This document shows, piece after piece, positions 36,525 through 52,100 of a DNA stretch of 64,000 nt. Numbering within the stretch: the stretch's first letter is position 1; the number at the start of each line of letters is the position of its first letter. Position numbers and translations under genes: made by a program. The DNA is from Octopus sinensis. Lineage: Eukaryota. The stretch spans positions 16,120,001-16,184,000 of the forward strand of contig NC_043025.1 of assembly GCF_006345805.1 (NCBI RefSeq), given 5' to 3'. Below the pieces are notes generated by a model. It had not been told where the DNA came from, ran no database searches, and worked only from the letters and a program-made list of their open reading frames with translations.

Positions 36525-37772
36525 ACTCCCCCTCCAACGATTCTAGCTGTCTTCCTCTCTCTCTTTCTACTCCCCCTCCACGATTCTAGCTGTCTTCCTC
36601 TCTCTCTCTTTCTACTCCCCCTCCAACGATTCTAGCTGTCTTCCTCTCTCTCTTTCTACTCCCCCTCCAACGATTCTAGCTGTCTTCCTCTCTCTCTCTC
36701 TCTACTCCCCCTCCAACGATTCTAGCTGTCTTCCTCTCTCTCTTTCTACTCCCCCTCCAACGATTCTAGCTGTCTTCCTCTCTCTTCTTTCTACTCCCCC
36801 TCCAACGATTCTAGCTGTCTTCCTCTCTCTCTTTCTACTCCCCCTCCAACGATTCTAGCTGTCTTCCTCTCTCTCTCTCTACTCCCTCTCCAACGATTCT
36901 AGCTGTCTTCCTCTCTCTCTTTCTACTCCCCCTCCAACGATTCTAGCTGTCTTCCTCTCTCTCCTTTCTACTCCCCCTCCAACGATTCTAGCTGTCTTCC
37001 TCTCTCTCTTTCTACTCCCCCTCCAACGATTCTAGCTGTCTTCCTCTCTCTCTCTCTCTACTCCCCCTCCAAAGATTCTAGCTGTCTTCCCCTCTCTCTT
37101 TCTACTCCCCCTCCAACGATTCTAGCTGTCTTCCTCTCTCTCTCTCTCCTCCCTCTCCAACGATTCTAGCTGTCTTCCTCTCTCTCTTTCTACTCCCCCT
37201 CCAACGATTCTAGCTGTCTTCCTCTCTACTCACCCTGCAACGTCGTTATTTACGTCTTCCTCTCTACCCTCCCTCTAAGCATCTACTTATCTCTCTTTCT
37301 ACTCCCCTCTAACGTCTCTCTCTCTATATTTCTTTTCTACTCCCCCTCAACGATTCTAGCTGTCTTCCCCTCTCTCTTTCTACTCCCCCTCCACGATTCT
37401 AGCTGTCTTCCTCTCTCTCTCTACTCCCCCTCCAACGATTCTAGCTGTCTCCTCTCTCTCTTTCTACTCCCCCTCCACGATTCTAGCTGTCTTCCTCTCT
37501 CTCTCTCTCTCTCTCTCTACTCCCCCTCCAAAGATTCTAGCTGTCTTCTCTCTCTCTCTCTCTCTACTCCCTCTCCAACGATTCTAGCTGTCTTCCTCTA
37601 TCTCTTTCTACTCCCCCTCAACGATTCTAGCTGTCTCCTCTCTCTCTCTCTCTCTCTTTCTATTCCCCCTCCAACACATCTCCTAGTCTCTCTCTTCCTT
37701 TCTACTCCCCCTCAACGATTCTAGCTGTCTTCTCTCTCTCTCTCTCTCCTCCCTCTCCAACGATTCTAGCTG

Positions 37773-37812
<40 letters not shown>

Positions 37813-37830
37813 ACTCCCCCTCCGACACCT
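36495..37830. repeat. About 42-bp pyrimidine-rich minisatellite
   Basis: Unit ctactccccctccaacgattctagctgtcttcct(ct)n with variable CT run. Confidence 0.9.
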
Positions 37831-38469
37831 CTATGTATCTCTTTCGTCCCTCACTACACCTTTAAAGTCTCTATCTATCTCTTCTCCTCCCTACTATTCC
37901 TCCAATCTCTCTATCAATCTCTCTTCCTTTCTACTCCCCCTCCGACACCTCTATGTATCTCTTTCGTCCCTCACTACACCTTTAAAGTCTCTATCTATCT
38001 CTTCTCCTCCCTACTATTCCCCCAATCTCTCTATCAATCTCTCTTCCACTCCACTTCTCCCCCTAACCTATCTATCTGCCTTTCTCTCTCGCGCCGTCTC
38101 TCTTTAAATAACGAAACTTCTTTTCCGTCAAAACTTTCCGTCAAAACTTTTCAGAGCGGAGAGAGCTGGAAGCGAACCCGAAAAGTATGTCAGTTTCTTA
38201 TTGCATTCCTTCTTTTTCATTGTCATAGTTATTAACCTACAGGTCAGGTGAGCAATGGTCCCTTCTATTATAATTCTGGGAGAGGGGACGTCGATTACAT
38301 CAGCACCAGAATTTCACTTCATTTATCGACCTTTATATATATAAAGGATGAAATATGCTTGCGAGCTATATGAGGGTAATTTGGCTGCTATTTCTACCAG
38401 TTCTGGCTATCATGGCTCATATACATACATGGTCATATGCATATACATATAAGCACTCTCACACACACA

Positions 38470-38502
38470 TATATATATATATTAATATATATATAAATAT
38501 AT

Positions 38503-38547
<45 letters not shown>

Positions 38548-38647
38548 TTATATATATATATATATTATATATATATATATATGATATATAATCTATATAT
38601 ATATGATATATAATATATATATATAATATATATATAATTATATATAG

Positions 38648-38695
<48 letters not shown>

Positions 38696-38886
38696 ATATT
38701 AATATATATATATATTTAAGTAGGTGAATGAATTATCCTATATATAATATAATATATAATATAATATATATATATATATAATATATATATAATATATAAT
38801 ATATATATATAATATATAATATATATATTATAATATATATATATATAATCTATATATATATATATATTTATATATATACATATATG

Positions 38887-38952
<66 letters not shown>

Positions 38953-38955
38953 AAT

Positions 38956-38988
<33 letters not shown>

Positions 38989-39034
38989 TGAATATATATA
39001 TATATATATGATATATATAATATATATTATATAT

Positions 39035-39065
<31 letters not shown>
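38470..39065. repeat. (TA)n microsatellite
   Basis: Direct reading. Confidence 0.95.
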
Positions 39066-39067
<2 letters not shown>

Positions 39068-39380
39068 TTAAGTAGGTGAATGAATTATCCTAGTGTGGAT
39101 AATTCGGTTAATCGATACCTGGGTAGCAAATTCACGTCAGAAAACACGGTTGAAGCAACATGCCAAGGGCTGAACCAACCCCGTGTTCCTGTGTGGAAAT
39201 TTGTGTTTTTTTTTTTTTATACGAATAAATGAAAAGAATGGAGTCGAACGAAGATTTTAACAAAATTCCTTTACTTTCGACTCATGTCTTCGAAATATGC
39301 AGTCTTCGAAACATGTGTCGAGAGTAAAGGAATTTTGTTAAAATCTTCGTTCGACTCCATTCTTTTCATTTATTCGTATA
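39068..39380 (-). mobile_element. 5'-truncated hammerhead-family element with inverted 76-bp duplication
   Basis: 39218-39294 is the reverse complement of 39305-39380; right arm has GAAAC-ATGT-GTC-GAGAG, homologous to 30157-30186. Confidence 0.7.
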
Positions 39381-39381
39381 T

Positions 39382-40860
<1,479 letters not shown>

Positions 40861-41775
40861 GAACCCCCTAAATTAAAGGATGAAATATAATTCAACCTTT
40901 TGACATATATGTGTGTATATATATGCATACATACACACAAACATATATATATATATACACACACACAAATACATATATAGATACATACAATCATACATAC
41001 ATACATTCATACATACATGCGCACGTACTTATATACATGTATACATAAGACAGTCGGGCATGATTTTGGGGAGATTTGGCTGCTATTTCTAGCAGGCCTA
41101 GCTATCGTGTAGAGGTCTCATGTTGAAAAAAAAAAAAAACGACCTTGATCAACAAACCACACGATCGAGAATATTCCAACTGTGACTCTCCCATCATTTC
41201 TTGGAGGTATGTGTCCTTCCTTTCTTGTGACCATAAACTGTGAGCTGAGGTCGATTTGGCTGCTATTTCTAGCAGAAGGAGGAGCTACCACAAATAACTT
41301 TCATCTCGTTGATGCATTTTGGTGATGATGATGATGATGATGATGTATAACCCAAGGTCAGTCCTGATCCATCGTGCCCATCTCCAGCCGTGACCAGCCT
41401 TATTTATTCGTCCTCGCGACCCTTAACAGTCCTTTTACGATTTTGTTGATTTTACGATTCACAAAATAATTCAACATTTATTTTAATACAATTCCTAATA
41501 TTATAAAAATATAATTTTGAAATATTGAGGGTTCGCCTGACTAAAACAGGAATCGAAGGGTTCAGAGAGAAAAAGGGTAAGATGTGATTAGAGGGAGATT
41601 TGACTGCTCTTTCTAGCATGCCATGAGGTTACATACGGATCCCATGGAGGGTCAGGGCAGACGTTGTCGACGCAGTGGTATTGCAGTAGCATTGCAGTAG
41701 AGCTGCAGCAGTATTGCAGTTGTATTGCAGTGTTGTTTCAACGTTACTGCTGTTGCTATAATCAACATGTTCATA

Positions 41776-42190
41776 GGCGGCGAGCTGGCCGAATGGTTAG
41801 CGCGCTGGGCGAAATGACGAGCGGTATTTCGTCTGCGTTACGTTGTGAGTTCAAATTCCGCCGAGGTCGACTTTGCCTTTCATCCTTTTGGGGTCGATAC
41901 ATTAAGTACCAGTTACGCACTGGGGTCGATGTAATCAACTTAATCCGTTTGTCTGTCCTTGTTTGTCCCCTCTGTGTTTAGCCCCTTGTGGGTAGTAAAG
42001 AAATAGGTATTTCGTCTGTCGTTACGTTATGAGTTCGAATTCCGCCGAGGTCGACTTTGCCTTTCATCCTTTCTGGGTCGATAAATAAAGTACCAGTTAC
42101 GCACTGGAGTTGATGTAATCGACTTAATCCCTTTGTCTGTCCTTGTTTGTCCCCTCTGTGTTTAGCCCCTTGTGGGTAGTAAAAAGAAAT
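41776..42190 (+). mobile_element. SINE family B, tandem partial copies
   Basis: Same as 35638-36105. Confidence 0.85.
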
Positions 42191-42789
42191 ATTTTTGCAT
42201 ACTGGAAATTAACAAAGAAAACAAAAAACACGAGACGAATATTGTCCCTTTTAGACCCTTGCTCAAAAATTCCAGGCCTTGTGCCTATAGCAGAAAGGAT
42301 TATTATTATTCTTTCGGTCCTTTAAACTGAATATTGGGGATTCGCCTCAAATTTTGATAAAAGTTCAGCAAGGCCAAAAAATCAACGTCAGTGGAGTTCG
42401 AACTCAGAACGTAAAGCCACGAAATGCCTCCAACCATTTTGCCCTGCGTGCAAACGATGCCATCGTTGAACTGAATGTCAAATATAAACTGCGTAACGCC
42501 AGCGTTGCTACATTCATGCCTTTCCCACAGTCCCCGGATGAAATCGAAACTGGTTCCAAAGTTTTAAAAACTGAACATTTACGTTTACTGAAAAAGACGA
42601 ACAGGTTAATGTATGGATGGCTATACGTGATATAATTGTCTTATATACTTTTGAAGATTTTCGTCTGTTTGGAGTTTCGGGTGTTGACGCCAGTGACGTT
42701 AATGCATGACCCAATATATGTGTGTTTATATATGTACACGTACGCGCACGCACACACGAATACACACACATATGTATGTATACATACAC

Positions 42790-43290
42790 AGGAGTGGCTG
42801 TGTGGTAAGTAGCTTGCAACCGATGCTGGTGTGTTTACGTCCCCGTCACTTAGCGGTTCGGCAAAAAGAGACCGATAGAATAAGTACTGGGCTTACAAAG
42901 AAAAAGTCCCGGGGTCGATTTGATCGACTAAAGGTGGTGCTCCAGCATGGCCGCAGTCAAATGACTGGGCAAGTGTCTTCTACTATAGCCTCGGGCCGAC
43001 CAAAGCCTTGTGAGTGGATTTGGTAGATGGAAACTGAAAGAAGCCCGTCGTATATATGTATATATATGTATCTGCGTGTATATTTGTGTGTCTGTGTTTG
43101 TCCCCCTAGCATTGCTTGACAACCGATGCTGGTGTGTTTATGTCCCCGTCACTTAGCGGTTCGGCAAAAGAGACCGATAGAATAAGTACTGGGCTTACAA
43201 AGAAAAAGTCCCGGGGGTCGATTTGATCAACTAAAGGCGGTGCTCCAGCATGGCCGCAGTCAAAACGACTGAAACAAGTAAAAAAAAAAA
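42790..43290 (+). mobile_element. SINE family A, rearranged/nested copies
   Basis: Head, tail, body and tail segments in tandem. Confidence 0.8.
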
Positions 43291-43679
43291 AAATATATGC
43301 ATATATCATCATCATCATCATCATCCTTTAATGTCCGTTTTACGAGGCTGGTATGGGTTGGACGGTTTTGGCAGGCGCTGGCAAGGCAGAAGACTGCATC
43401 GGGCTTCACTATCTGATGTGGAAGGGTTTCTACGGTCGGATGCCCTTCCTTTAATGCCAATCACCTTGTAAGGTACAGACTGGATGGATGTTTTCTCCAT
43501 GGCACCAACACTTGTGGGGGTCACTAAGTAACTTTAAGGACAAAGATCCTTTGAGAATGGAGGAGTAAGGGCAGGGGGTGGCCTTGTGCCCAGTGGGGAG
43601 AGGTTAGGGTGTGGCAAAGGGACAGAAACAGGTGGGTTGCTGCTGAGGAAATGCATGGGTACCCCAGTGAGAGGGAGGG

Positions 43680-44065
43680 AGGTGGAGGACAAGAGAAAGA
43701 GAGAGGGAGAGAGAGATAGAGAGAGGGAGAGAGAAAGAGCGAGAGAGAGAGGGAGCGAGAGAAAGAGGGAGGGAGAGAGACAGAGCAAGAGAAAGAGGGA
43801 GGGAGAGAGAGAGGGAGAGAGACAGAGCGAGAGAAAGAGGGAGGGAGAGAGACAGAGCGAGAGAAAGAGGGAGAGAGAAAGAGCGAGAGAGAGAGAGAGA
43901 GGGAGAGAGACAGAGCGAGAGAAAGAGGGAAGGAGAGAGATAGAGAGTGAGAGAAAGAGAGAGGGAGGGAGTTATCAAGAATGAGAGAGAATGAGAGTAG
44001 AAGAGCGAGAGTGTGAGAGAGTGTTAGAAAGGGTAAGGGTGAGAGAGAGAGAGAGAGAGAGAGAT
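43680..44065. repeat. GA-rich simple repeat
   Basis: Direct reading. Confidence 0.9.
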
Positions 44066-44377
44066 GGTGGCGATGTGCCTGGGGGTCGGGACTTCACATG
44101 AATGCAAAGAGTGACTGGTGAAACGTGGCTATGTAGAGGAGGGGTGTATGTGACAAGGGGGTAGCAATGATACAGTGAGCAGGGCAGTGGGGGACAGGAT
44201 GGGAGAGTGAGAGATAGGCATGAGGGAGAGGAAATGTGAAGAAGAGAAGATGTTGGGGGTGGAGAGTGTGGGTGGAAAACACCCTGCTCCCAGAACTCAA
44301 ATCATCTCATTCTGTTGTCATCTCCTCAGTGAGGCCCAACACCTTGATATTGGTCCTCAATGCTTCAGAAATATGGT

Positions 44378-44945
44378 TTCTGATTACAAATATCTTGGGT
44401 CATACATATCATCTGAAAAAGATTTTCTAACTAGAAAGGGTATGGCTTGGTCAGCCTATAATGACATGCATAAGACCTGGTCATCAAATCTAAGTAGAGA
44501 CTTCAAACTTGAAATCTTCAAAGCCACAGTCGAACCAATTCTACTATATGGCTCAGAAACCTGGACGTTATCAAAGAAGCTTGAGAGACGGTTGGATGGA
44601 ACCTACACTCGCCTCCTTATGAGAGCTCAAAATCTCTCGTGGAAGCGCCATCCAACCAAAGTACAAATATATGGGAAACTACCACCTGTGTCATCTCTTG
44701 TGAAAGCTAAGAGAGTCCAGTTTGATGGACATTGTTGTAGAGCTGAAAACGAGGCAATTTCTACTCTTCTCCTCTGGAAGCCATCTGCTCGCGATACAAG
44801 AGGGCGCACACTCTCCTACCCTGATGTAATCTCCAGGGATACAGGCATCCAGCAACAGGACCTCCGTAATGCTATGATGGACCGTGAAGTCTGGCGTAAC
44901 ATAGTAAATTCCATTGTCTCGACCACGGTCGAACAATGTTGATGA
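44378..44945 (+). mobile_element. Second RTE family 3' fragment
   Basis: YKYLGSYI...ILLYGSETWTL...VWRNIVNSIVSTTVEQ; near-identical to 28275-28822. Confidence 0.9.
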
Positions 44946-45119
44946 TTCACCCCATGTCTTCCTGCGTCTCCCTCTTCCACAGGTGTCATCCATCTTCAGT
45001 GGTTGGCACTTCTTCATAGAGCTGTCTTCATTCATACGCATCACAGGTCACCGAGAGCCAAATACTTCTCCTGCAGCAGTCTCACTAGGAAGATGGCATC
45101 TGTGGTACTCTTCCCAGCT

Positions 45120-45600
45120 ACAAAACCAAACTGCATCTAATCTACTTTAATTCTAATCCTAATCAATCGAGCTCTAATCCTCTCAGCAACTTTCTTGACT
45201 TGGTCAAGCAGTTTAAAACTTCTGTAGTTGTTTCAGTTTAAGGTATCACCTTTACCCTTGTAGCAGCTGACTATAATACTACTACACCAGTCACTGGGGT
45301 TAACACCTTCCTGGATAACCTGATTAACTATACAGGTGACAAGGCCATATCCTCAGCTGCCAGATATTTTAAGCTTTTCTCTGGTGTTCCTCTACAAGGA
45401 TGAACCGAAAATGGTTTACCATTCAGTATGATCTTCACAAGTCGATGATCTTCCGCTTTGATGCTGGTGACCTCTGCTGCCCCACAGGACCTTGATGTTA
45501 ACGACAAAGTAACTATTTGGACTGGGGCTGCAGGGCAAGGTACTTGTCCAAGATGCCACTCTGGAGGATTGAACTGGAAGTGATAGGATTTCAGGCTGGA
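45120..45600 (-). mobile_element. Degraded RTE RT fragment
   Basis: Minus strand reads IVNQVIQEGV..SDWCSSII..CYKGKG...NNYRSFKLLDQV, homologous to 23060-23250. Confidence 0.65.
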
Positions 45601-45977
45601 ATTGCAAATTGACCTTCTTAAATTCACAGTCATGCCCCGACTGGAAATTGCAAGGTTTAGGGCAAGTGAAAAACCAATTCGTTTTCTTTCCTTCATTCTT
45701 TCTTTCTTTCTACCTTCCTTCTTTTCTTTGTTTCTTTTCTCTCTCTCTCTCTCACTCTCTCTCACACACAAACATAAACACACAAATGCACAGATACACA
45801 CACAAACACGCGCGAACACATTTTCACTCTTTCTCTTTCTCTCTGTCTCTCACACACATTTTCACTCACTCTCTCTGCCTCTCTCTCTCTCTCTCTCTCT
45901 CTCTCGCTCACTGCCTCTCCCTTTTCCACTGTCTCCCTCTCCCTCACAACTGTTTCTTTCTTCCAATCCAGATCGCA

Positions 45978-46171
45978 ATGGTAAAAATTGCAGTAATCGG
46001 TGCCGGAGTCGTGGGTTTATCTACAGCTCTTCAGGTCAAACAGAATTTTCCGTTTTGTTCCGTGACTGTCGTAGCTGAGAAATTCAACACAGAGACAACC
46101 AGTGATGGTGCTGGGGGTCTCTTCCGACCGAATTTCCTCACATTGTCTGCGAATCCTTTGGAAAGCATCAA
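45978..46171 (+). CDS. DDO: D-aspartate oxidase (DAO/DDO family), coding exon 1
   Basis: MVKIAVIGAGVVGLSTA (FAD-binding GxGxxG) ...TTSDGAGG...PLESIK; acceptor ttccaatccag at 45971 implies an upstream non-coding exon; donor aa|gtaagt, phase 2. Confidence 0.92.
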
Positions 46172-46196
46172 GTAAGTAACAAGACAACAGAAAAAG

Positions 46197-49100
46197 TTCC
46201 ATTCCAGTGTCTTCCATCCCAGTGTCTTCCATCCCAGTGTCTTCCATTCCAGTGTCTTCCATCCCAGTGTCTTCCATCCCAGTGTCTTCCATCCCAGTGT
46301 CTTCCATTCCATTGTCTTCCATTCCATTGTCTTCCATCCCAGTGTCTTCCATCCCAGTGTCTTCCACCCCAGTGTCTTCCATTCCATTGTCTTCCATTCC
46401 ATTGTCTTCCATCCCAGTGTCTTCCATCCCAGTGTCTTCCATCCCAGTGTCTTCCATCCCAGTGTCTTCCATTCCAGTGTCTTCCATCCCAGTGTCTTCC
46501 ATCCCAGTGTCTTCCATCCCAGTGCCTTCCATTCCATTGTCTTCCATTCCATTGTCTTCCATCCCAGTGTCTTCCACCCCAGTGTCTTCCATCCCAGTGT
46601 CTTCCATCCCAGTGTCTTCCACCCCAGTGTCTTCCATCCCAGTGTCTTCCATCCCAGTGTCTTCCATCCCAGTGTCTTCCATCCCAGTGTCTTCCATCCC
46701 AGTGTATTCCATCCCAGTGTCTTCCATCCCAGTGTTTTCCATCCCAATGTCTTCCATTCCAGTGTCTTCCATTCCAGTGTCTTCCATCCCAGTGTCTGCC
46801 AAACCAGTGTCTTCCAAACCAGTGTCTTCCATCCCAGTGTATTCCATTCCAGTGTCTTCCATTCCAGTGTATTCCATTCCAGTGTCTTCCATTCCAGTGT
46901 CTTCCATCCCAGTGTCTTCCATCCCAGTGTCTTCCATTCCAGTGTCTTCCATCCCAGTGTCTTCCATCCCAGTGACTTCCATCCCAGTGTCTTCCATCCC
47001 AGTGTCTTCCATTCCAGTATCTTCCATCCCAGTGTCTTCCATCCCAGTGTCTTCCATCCCAGTGTCTTCCATCCCAGTGTCTTCCATCCCAGTGTCTTCC
47101 ATCCCAGTGTCTTCCATCCCAGTGACTTCCATCCCAGTGTCTTCCATCCCAGTGTCTTCCATTCCAGTATCTTCCATACCAGTGTCTTCCATCCCAGTGT
47201 CTTCCATTCCAGTGTCTTCCATTCCAGTGTCTTCCATCCCAGTGTCTTCCATCCCAGTGTCTTCCATTTCAGTGTCTTCCATCCCAGTGTCTTCCATCCC
47301 AGTGTCTTCCATCCCAGTGTCTTCCATCCCAGTGTCTTCCATCCCAGTGTCTACCATTCCAGTGTCTTCCATCCCAGTGTCTTCCATCCCAGTGTCTTCC
47401 ATTTCAGTGTCTTCCATCCCACTGTCTTCCATCCCAGTGTCTTCCATCCCAGTGTCTTCCATCCCAGTGTCTTCCATCCCAGTGTCTTCCATCCCAGTGT
47501 CTTCCATTTCATTGTTTTCCATCCCAGTGTCTTCCATCCCAATGTCTTCCATCGCAGTGTCTTCCATCCCAGTGTCTTCCATCCCAGTGTCTTCAACCCC
47601 AGTGTCTTCCATTCCAGTGTCTTCCATCCCAGTGTCTTCCATCCCAGTGTCTTCCACCCCAGTGTCTTCCATTCCAGTGTCTTCCGTCCCAGTGTCTTCT
47701 ATCCCAGTGTATTCCATTCCAGTGTCTTCCATTCCATTGTCTTCCATCCCAGTGTCTTCCATCCCAGTGTCTTCCATCCCAATGTCTTCCATCCCATTGT
47801 CTTCCATTCCAGTGTCTTCCATTTCATTGTCTTCCATCCCAGTGTCTTCCATCCCAGTGTCTTCCATCCCAGTGTCTTCCACCCCAGTGTATTCCATTCC
47901 AGTGTCTTCCATTCCAGTGTCTTCCACCCCAGTGTCTTCCATCCCAGTGTCTTCCATTCCAGTGTCTTCCATCCCAGTGTTTTCCATTCCAGTATCTTCC
48001 ATCCCAGTGTCTTGCATCCAGTGTCTTCCATCCCAGTGTCTTCCATCCCAGTGTCTTCCATCCCAGTGTCTTCCATCCCAGTGACTTCCATCCCAGTGTC
48101 TTCCATCCCAGTCCAGTGTCTTCCATTCCAGTATCTTCCATCCCAGTGTCTGTCTTCCATCCCAGTGTCTTCCATCCCAGTGTCTTCCATCCCAGTGTCT
48201 TCCATCCAGTGTCTTCCATCCAGTCTTCCATCCCAGTGACTTCCATCCCGTGTCTTCCATCCCAGTGTCTTCCATTCCAGTATCTTCCATACCAGTGTCT
48301 TCCATCCCAGTGTCTCCATTCCAGGTGTCTTCCATTCCAGTGTCTTCCATCCCAGTGTCTTCCATCCCAGTGTCTTCCATTTCAGTGTCTTCCATCCCAG
48401 TGTCTTCCATCCCAGTGTCTTCCATCCCAGTGTCTTCCATCCAGGTGTCTTCCATCCCAGTGTCTACCATTCCAGTGTCTTCCATCCCAGTGTCTTCCAC
48501 CAGTGTCTTCCATTTCAGTGTCTTCCATCCCACTGTCTTCCATCCCAGTGTCTTCCATCCCAGTGTCTTCCATCCCAGTGTCTTCCATCCCAGTGTCTTC
48601 CATCCCAGTGTCTTCCATTTCATTGTTTTCCATCCCAGTGTCTTCCATCCCAATGTCTTCCATCGCAGTGTCTTCCATCCCAGTGTCTTCCATCCCAGTG
48701 TCTTCAACCCCAGTGTCTTCCATTCCAGTGTCTTCCATCCCAGTGTCTTCCATCCCAGTGTCTTCCACCCCAGTGTCTTCCATTCCAGTGTCTTCCGTCC
48801 CAGTGTCTTCTATCCCAGTGTATTCCATTCCAGTGTCTTCCATTCCATTGTCTTCCATCCCAGTGTCTTCCATCCCAGTGTCTTCCATCCCAATGTCTTC
48901 CATCCCATTGTCTTCCATTCCAGTGTCTTCCATTTCATTGTCTTCCATCCCAGTGTCTTCCATCCCAGTGTGTCTTCATCCCAGTGTCTTCCACCCCAGT
49001 GTATTCCATTCCAGTGTCTTCCATTCCAGTGTCTTCCACCCCAGTGTCTTCCATCCCAGTGTCTTCCATTCCAGTGTCTTCCATCCCAGTGTTTTCCATT

Positions 49101-52100
49101 CCAGTATCTTCCATCCCAGTGTCTTCCATCCAGTGTCTTCCATCCCAGTGTCTTCCATCCCAGTGTCTTCCATCCCAGTGTCTTCCATCCCAGTGTCTTC
49201 CATCCCAGTGTCTTCCATCCCAGTGTCTTCCACCCCAGTGTCTTCCATTTCATTGTCTTCCATCCCAGTGTCTTCCATCCCAATGTCTTCCATCCCAGTG
49301 TCTTCCATCCCAGTGTCTTCCATCCCAGTGTCTTTCATCCCAGTGTCTTCCATCCCAGTGTCTTCCATCCCAGTGTCTTCCATCCCAGTGTCTTCCACCC
49401 CAGTGTCTTCCATTCCAGTGTCTTCCATTCCAGTGTCTTCCATTCCAGTGTCTTCCATCCCAGTGTCTTCCATCCCAGTGTATTCCATTCCAGTGTCTTC
49501 CATTCCATTGTCTTCCATCCCAGTGTCTTCCATCCCAGTGTCTTCCATCCCATTGTCTTCCATTCCAGTGTCTTCCATTTCATTGTCTTCCATCCCAGTG
49601 TCTTCCATCCCAGTGTCTTCCATCCCAGGGTCTTCCACCCCAGTGTATTCCATTCCAGTGTCTTCCATTCCATTGTCTTCCATCCCAGTGTCTTCCATCC
49701 CAGTGTCTTCCATCCCAGTGTCTTCCATCCCAGTGTCTTCCACCCGTGTCTTCCATCCCAGTGTCTTCCATCCCAGTGTCTTCCATCCCAGTGTCTTCCA
49801 TCCCAGTGTCTTCCATCCCAGTGTCTTCCATCCCAGTGTCTTCCATCCCAGTGTCTTCCATCCCAGTGTCTTCCATTCCAGTGTCTTCCATCCCAGTGTC
49901 TTCCATTCCAGTGTCTTCCATCCCAGTGTCTTCCATTCCAGTGTCTTCCATCCCAGTGTCTTCCGTCCCAGTGTCTTCCATCCCAGTGTCTTCCATCCCA
50001 GTGTCTTCCATCCCAGTGTCTTCCATCCCATTGTCTTCCATTTCATTGTCTTCCAACCCATTGTCTTCCATTTCATTGTCTTCCATCCCAGTGTCTTCCA
50101 TTCCAGTGTCTTCCATCCCAGTGTCTTCCATCCCAGTGTCTTCCATCCCAGTGTCTTCCATCCCAGTGTCTTCCATCCCAGTGTCTTCCATCCCAGTGTC
50201 TTCCATCCCAGTGTCTTCCATTCCAGTGTCTTCCATCCCAGTGTCTTCCATTCCAGTGTCTTCCATCCCAGTGTCTTCCATCCCAGTGTCTTCCATCCCA
50301 GTGTCTTCCATCCCAGTGTCTTCCATTCCAGTATCTTCCATCCCAGTGTCTTCCATCCCAGTGTCTTCCATTCCATTGTCTTCCATTCCAGTGTCTTCCA
50401 TTCCATTGTCTTCCATCCCAGTGTCTTCCATCCCAGTGTCTTCCATCCCAGTGTCTTCCATTCCAGTGTCTTCCATTCCAGTGTCTTCCATCCCAGTGTC
50501 TTCCATTTCATTGTCTTCCATTCCAGTGTCTTCAATCCCAGTGTCTTCCATCCCAGTGTCTTCCATCCCAGTGTCTTCCATCCCAATGTCTTCCATCCCA
50601 GTGTCTTCCATCCCAGTGTCTTCCATCCCAGTGTCTTCCATCCCAATGTCTTCCATCCCAGTGTCTTCCATCCCAGTGTCTTCCATCCCAATGTCTTCCA
50701 TCCCAGTGTCTTCCATCCCAGTGTCTTCCATCCCAGTGTCTTCCATCCCAGTGTCTTCCATCCCAGTGTCTTCCATCCCAATGTCTTTCATTCCAGTGTC
50801 TTCCATCCCAGTGTCTTCCATCCCAATGTCTTCCATCCCAGTGTCTTCCATCCCAGTGTCTTCCATCCCAATGTCTTCCATCCCAGTGTCTTCCATCCCA
50901 GTGTCTTCCATCCCAATGTCTTCCATTCCAGTGTCTTCCATCCCAACGTCTTCCATCCCAGTGTCTTCCATCCCAGTGTCTTCCATCCCAATGTCTTCCA
51001 TCCCAGTGTCATCCATCCCAATGTCTTCCATCCCAGTGTCTTCCATCCCAGTGTCTTCCATCCCAATGTCTTCCATCCCAGTGTCTTCCATCCCAGTGTC
51101 TTCCATCCCAGTGTCTTCCATCCAGTATCTTCCATCCCAGTGTCTTCCATCCCAGTGTCTTCCATCCCAGTGTCTTCCATCACAATGTCTTCCATTCCAG
51201 TGTCTTTCATCCCAGTGTCTTCCATCCCAGTGTCTTCCATCCCAGTGTCTTCCATCCCAGTGTCTTCAATTCCAGTGTCTTCCATCCCAGTGTCTTCCAT
51301 TCCATTGTCTTCCATCCCAGTGTCTTCCATCACAATGTCTTCCATTCCAGTGTCTTCCATGACAGTGTCTTCAATCCCAGTGTCTTCCATCCCAGTGTCT
51401 TCCATCCCAGTGTCTTCCATCCCAGTGTCTTCAATTCCAGTGTCTTCCATCCCAGTGTCTTCCATCCCAGTGTCTTCCATCCCATTGTCTTCCATCACAA
51501 TGTCTTCCATTCCAGTGTCTTCCATCACAGTGTCTTCAATCCCAGTGTCTTCCATCCCAGTGTCTTCCATCCCAGTGTCTTCCATCCCAGTGTCTTCAAT
51601 TCCAGTGTCTTCCATCCCAGTGTCTTCCATTCCAGTGTCTTCCATCCCAGTGTCTTCCATCACAATGTCTTCCATTCCAGTGTCTTCCATCACAATGTCT
51701 TCCATTCCAGTGTCTTCCATCCCAGTGTCTTCAATTCCAGTGTCTTCAATCCCAGTGTCTTCCATCCCAGTGTCTTCCATCCCAGTGTCTTCCATCCCAG
51801 TGTCTTCCACCCCAGTGTCTTCCATCCCAGTGTCTTCCATCCCAGTGTCTTCCATCCCAGTGTCTTCCATCCCAGTGTCTTCCATCCCATTGTCTTCCAT
51901 CACAATGTCTTCCATTCCAGTGTCTTCCATCACAATGTCTTCAATCCCAGTGTCTTCCATCCCAGTGTCTTCCATCCCATTGTCTTCCATCACAATGTCT
52001 TCCATTCCAGTGTCTTCCATCACAGTGTCTTCAATCCCAGTGTCTTCCATCCCTGTGTCTTCCATCTCAGTGTCTTCCATCCCAGTGTCTTCCATCCCAG

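Noticed and set aside
42530-42560. ccggatgaaatcgaaactggttcc, hammerhead-like
   Set aside because: Core is CGGATGA and stems I and II do not pair.
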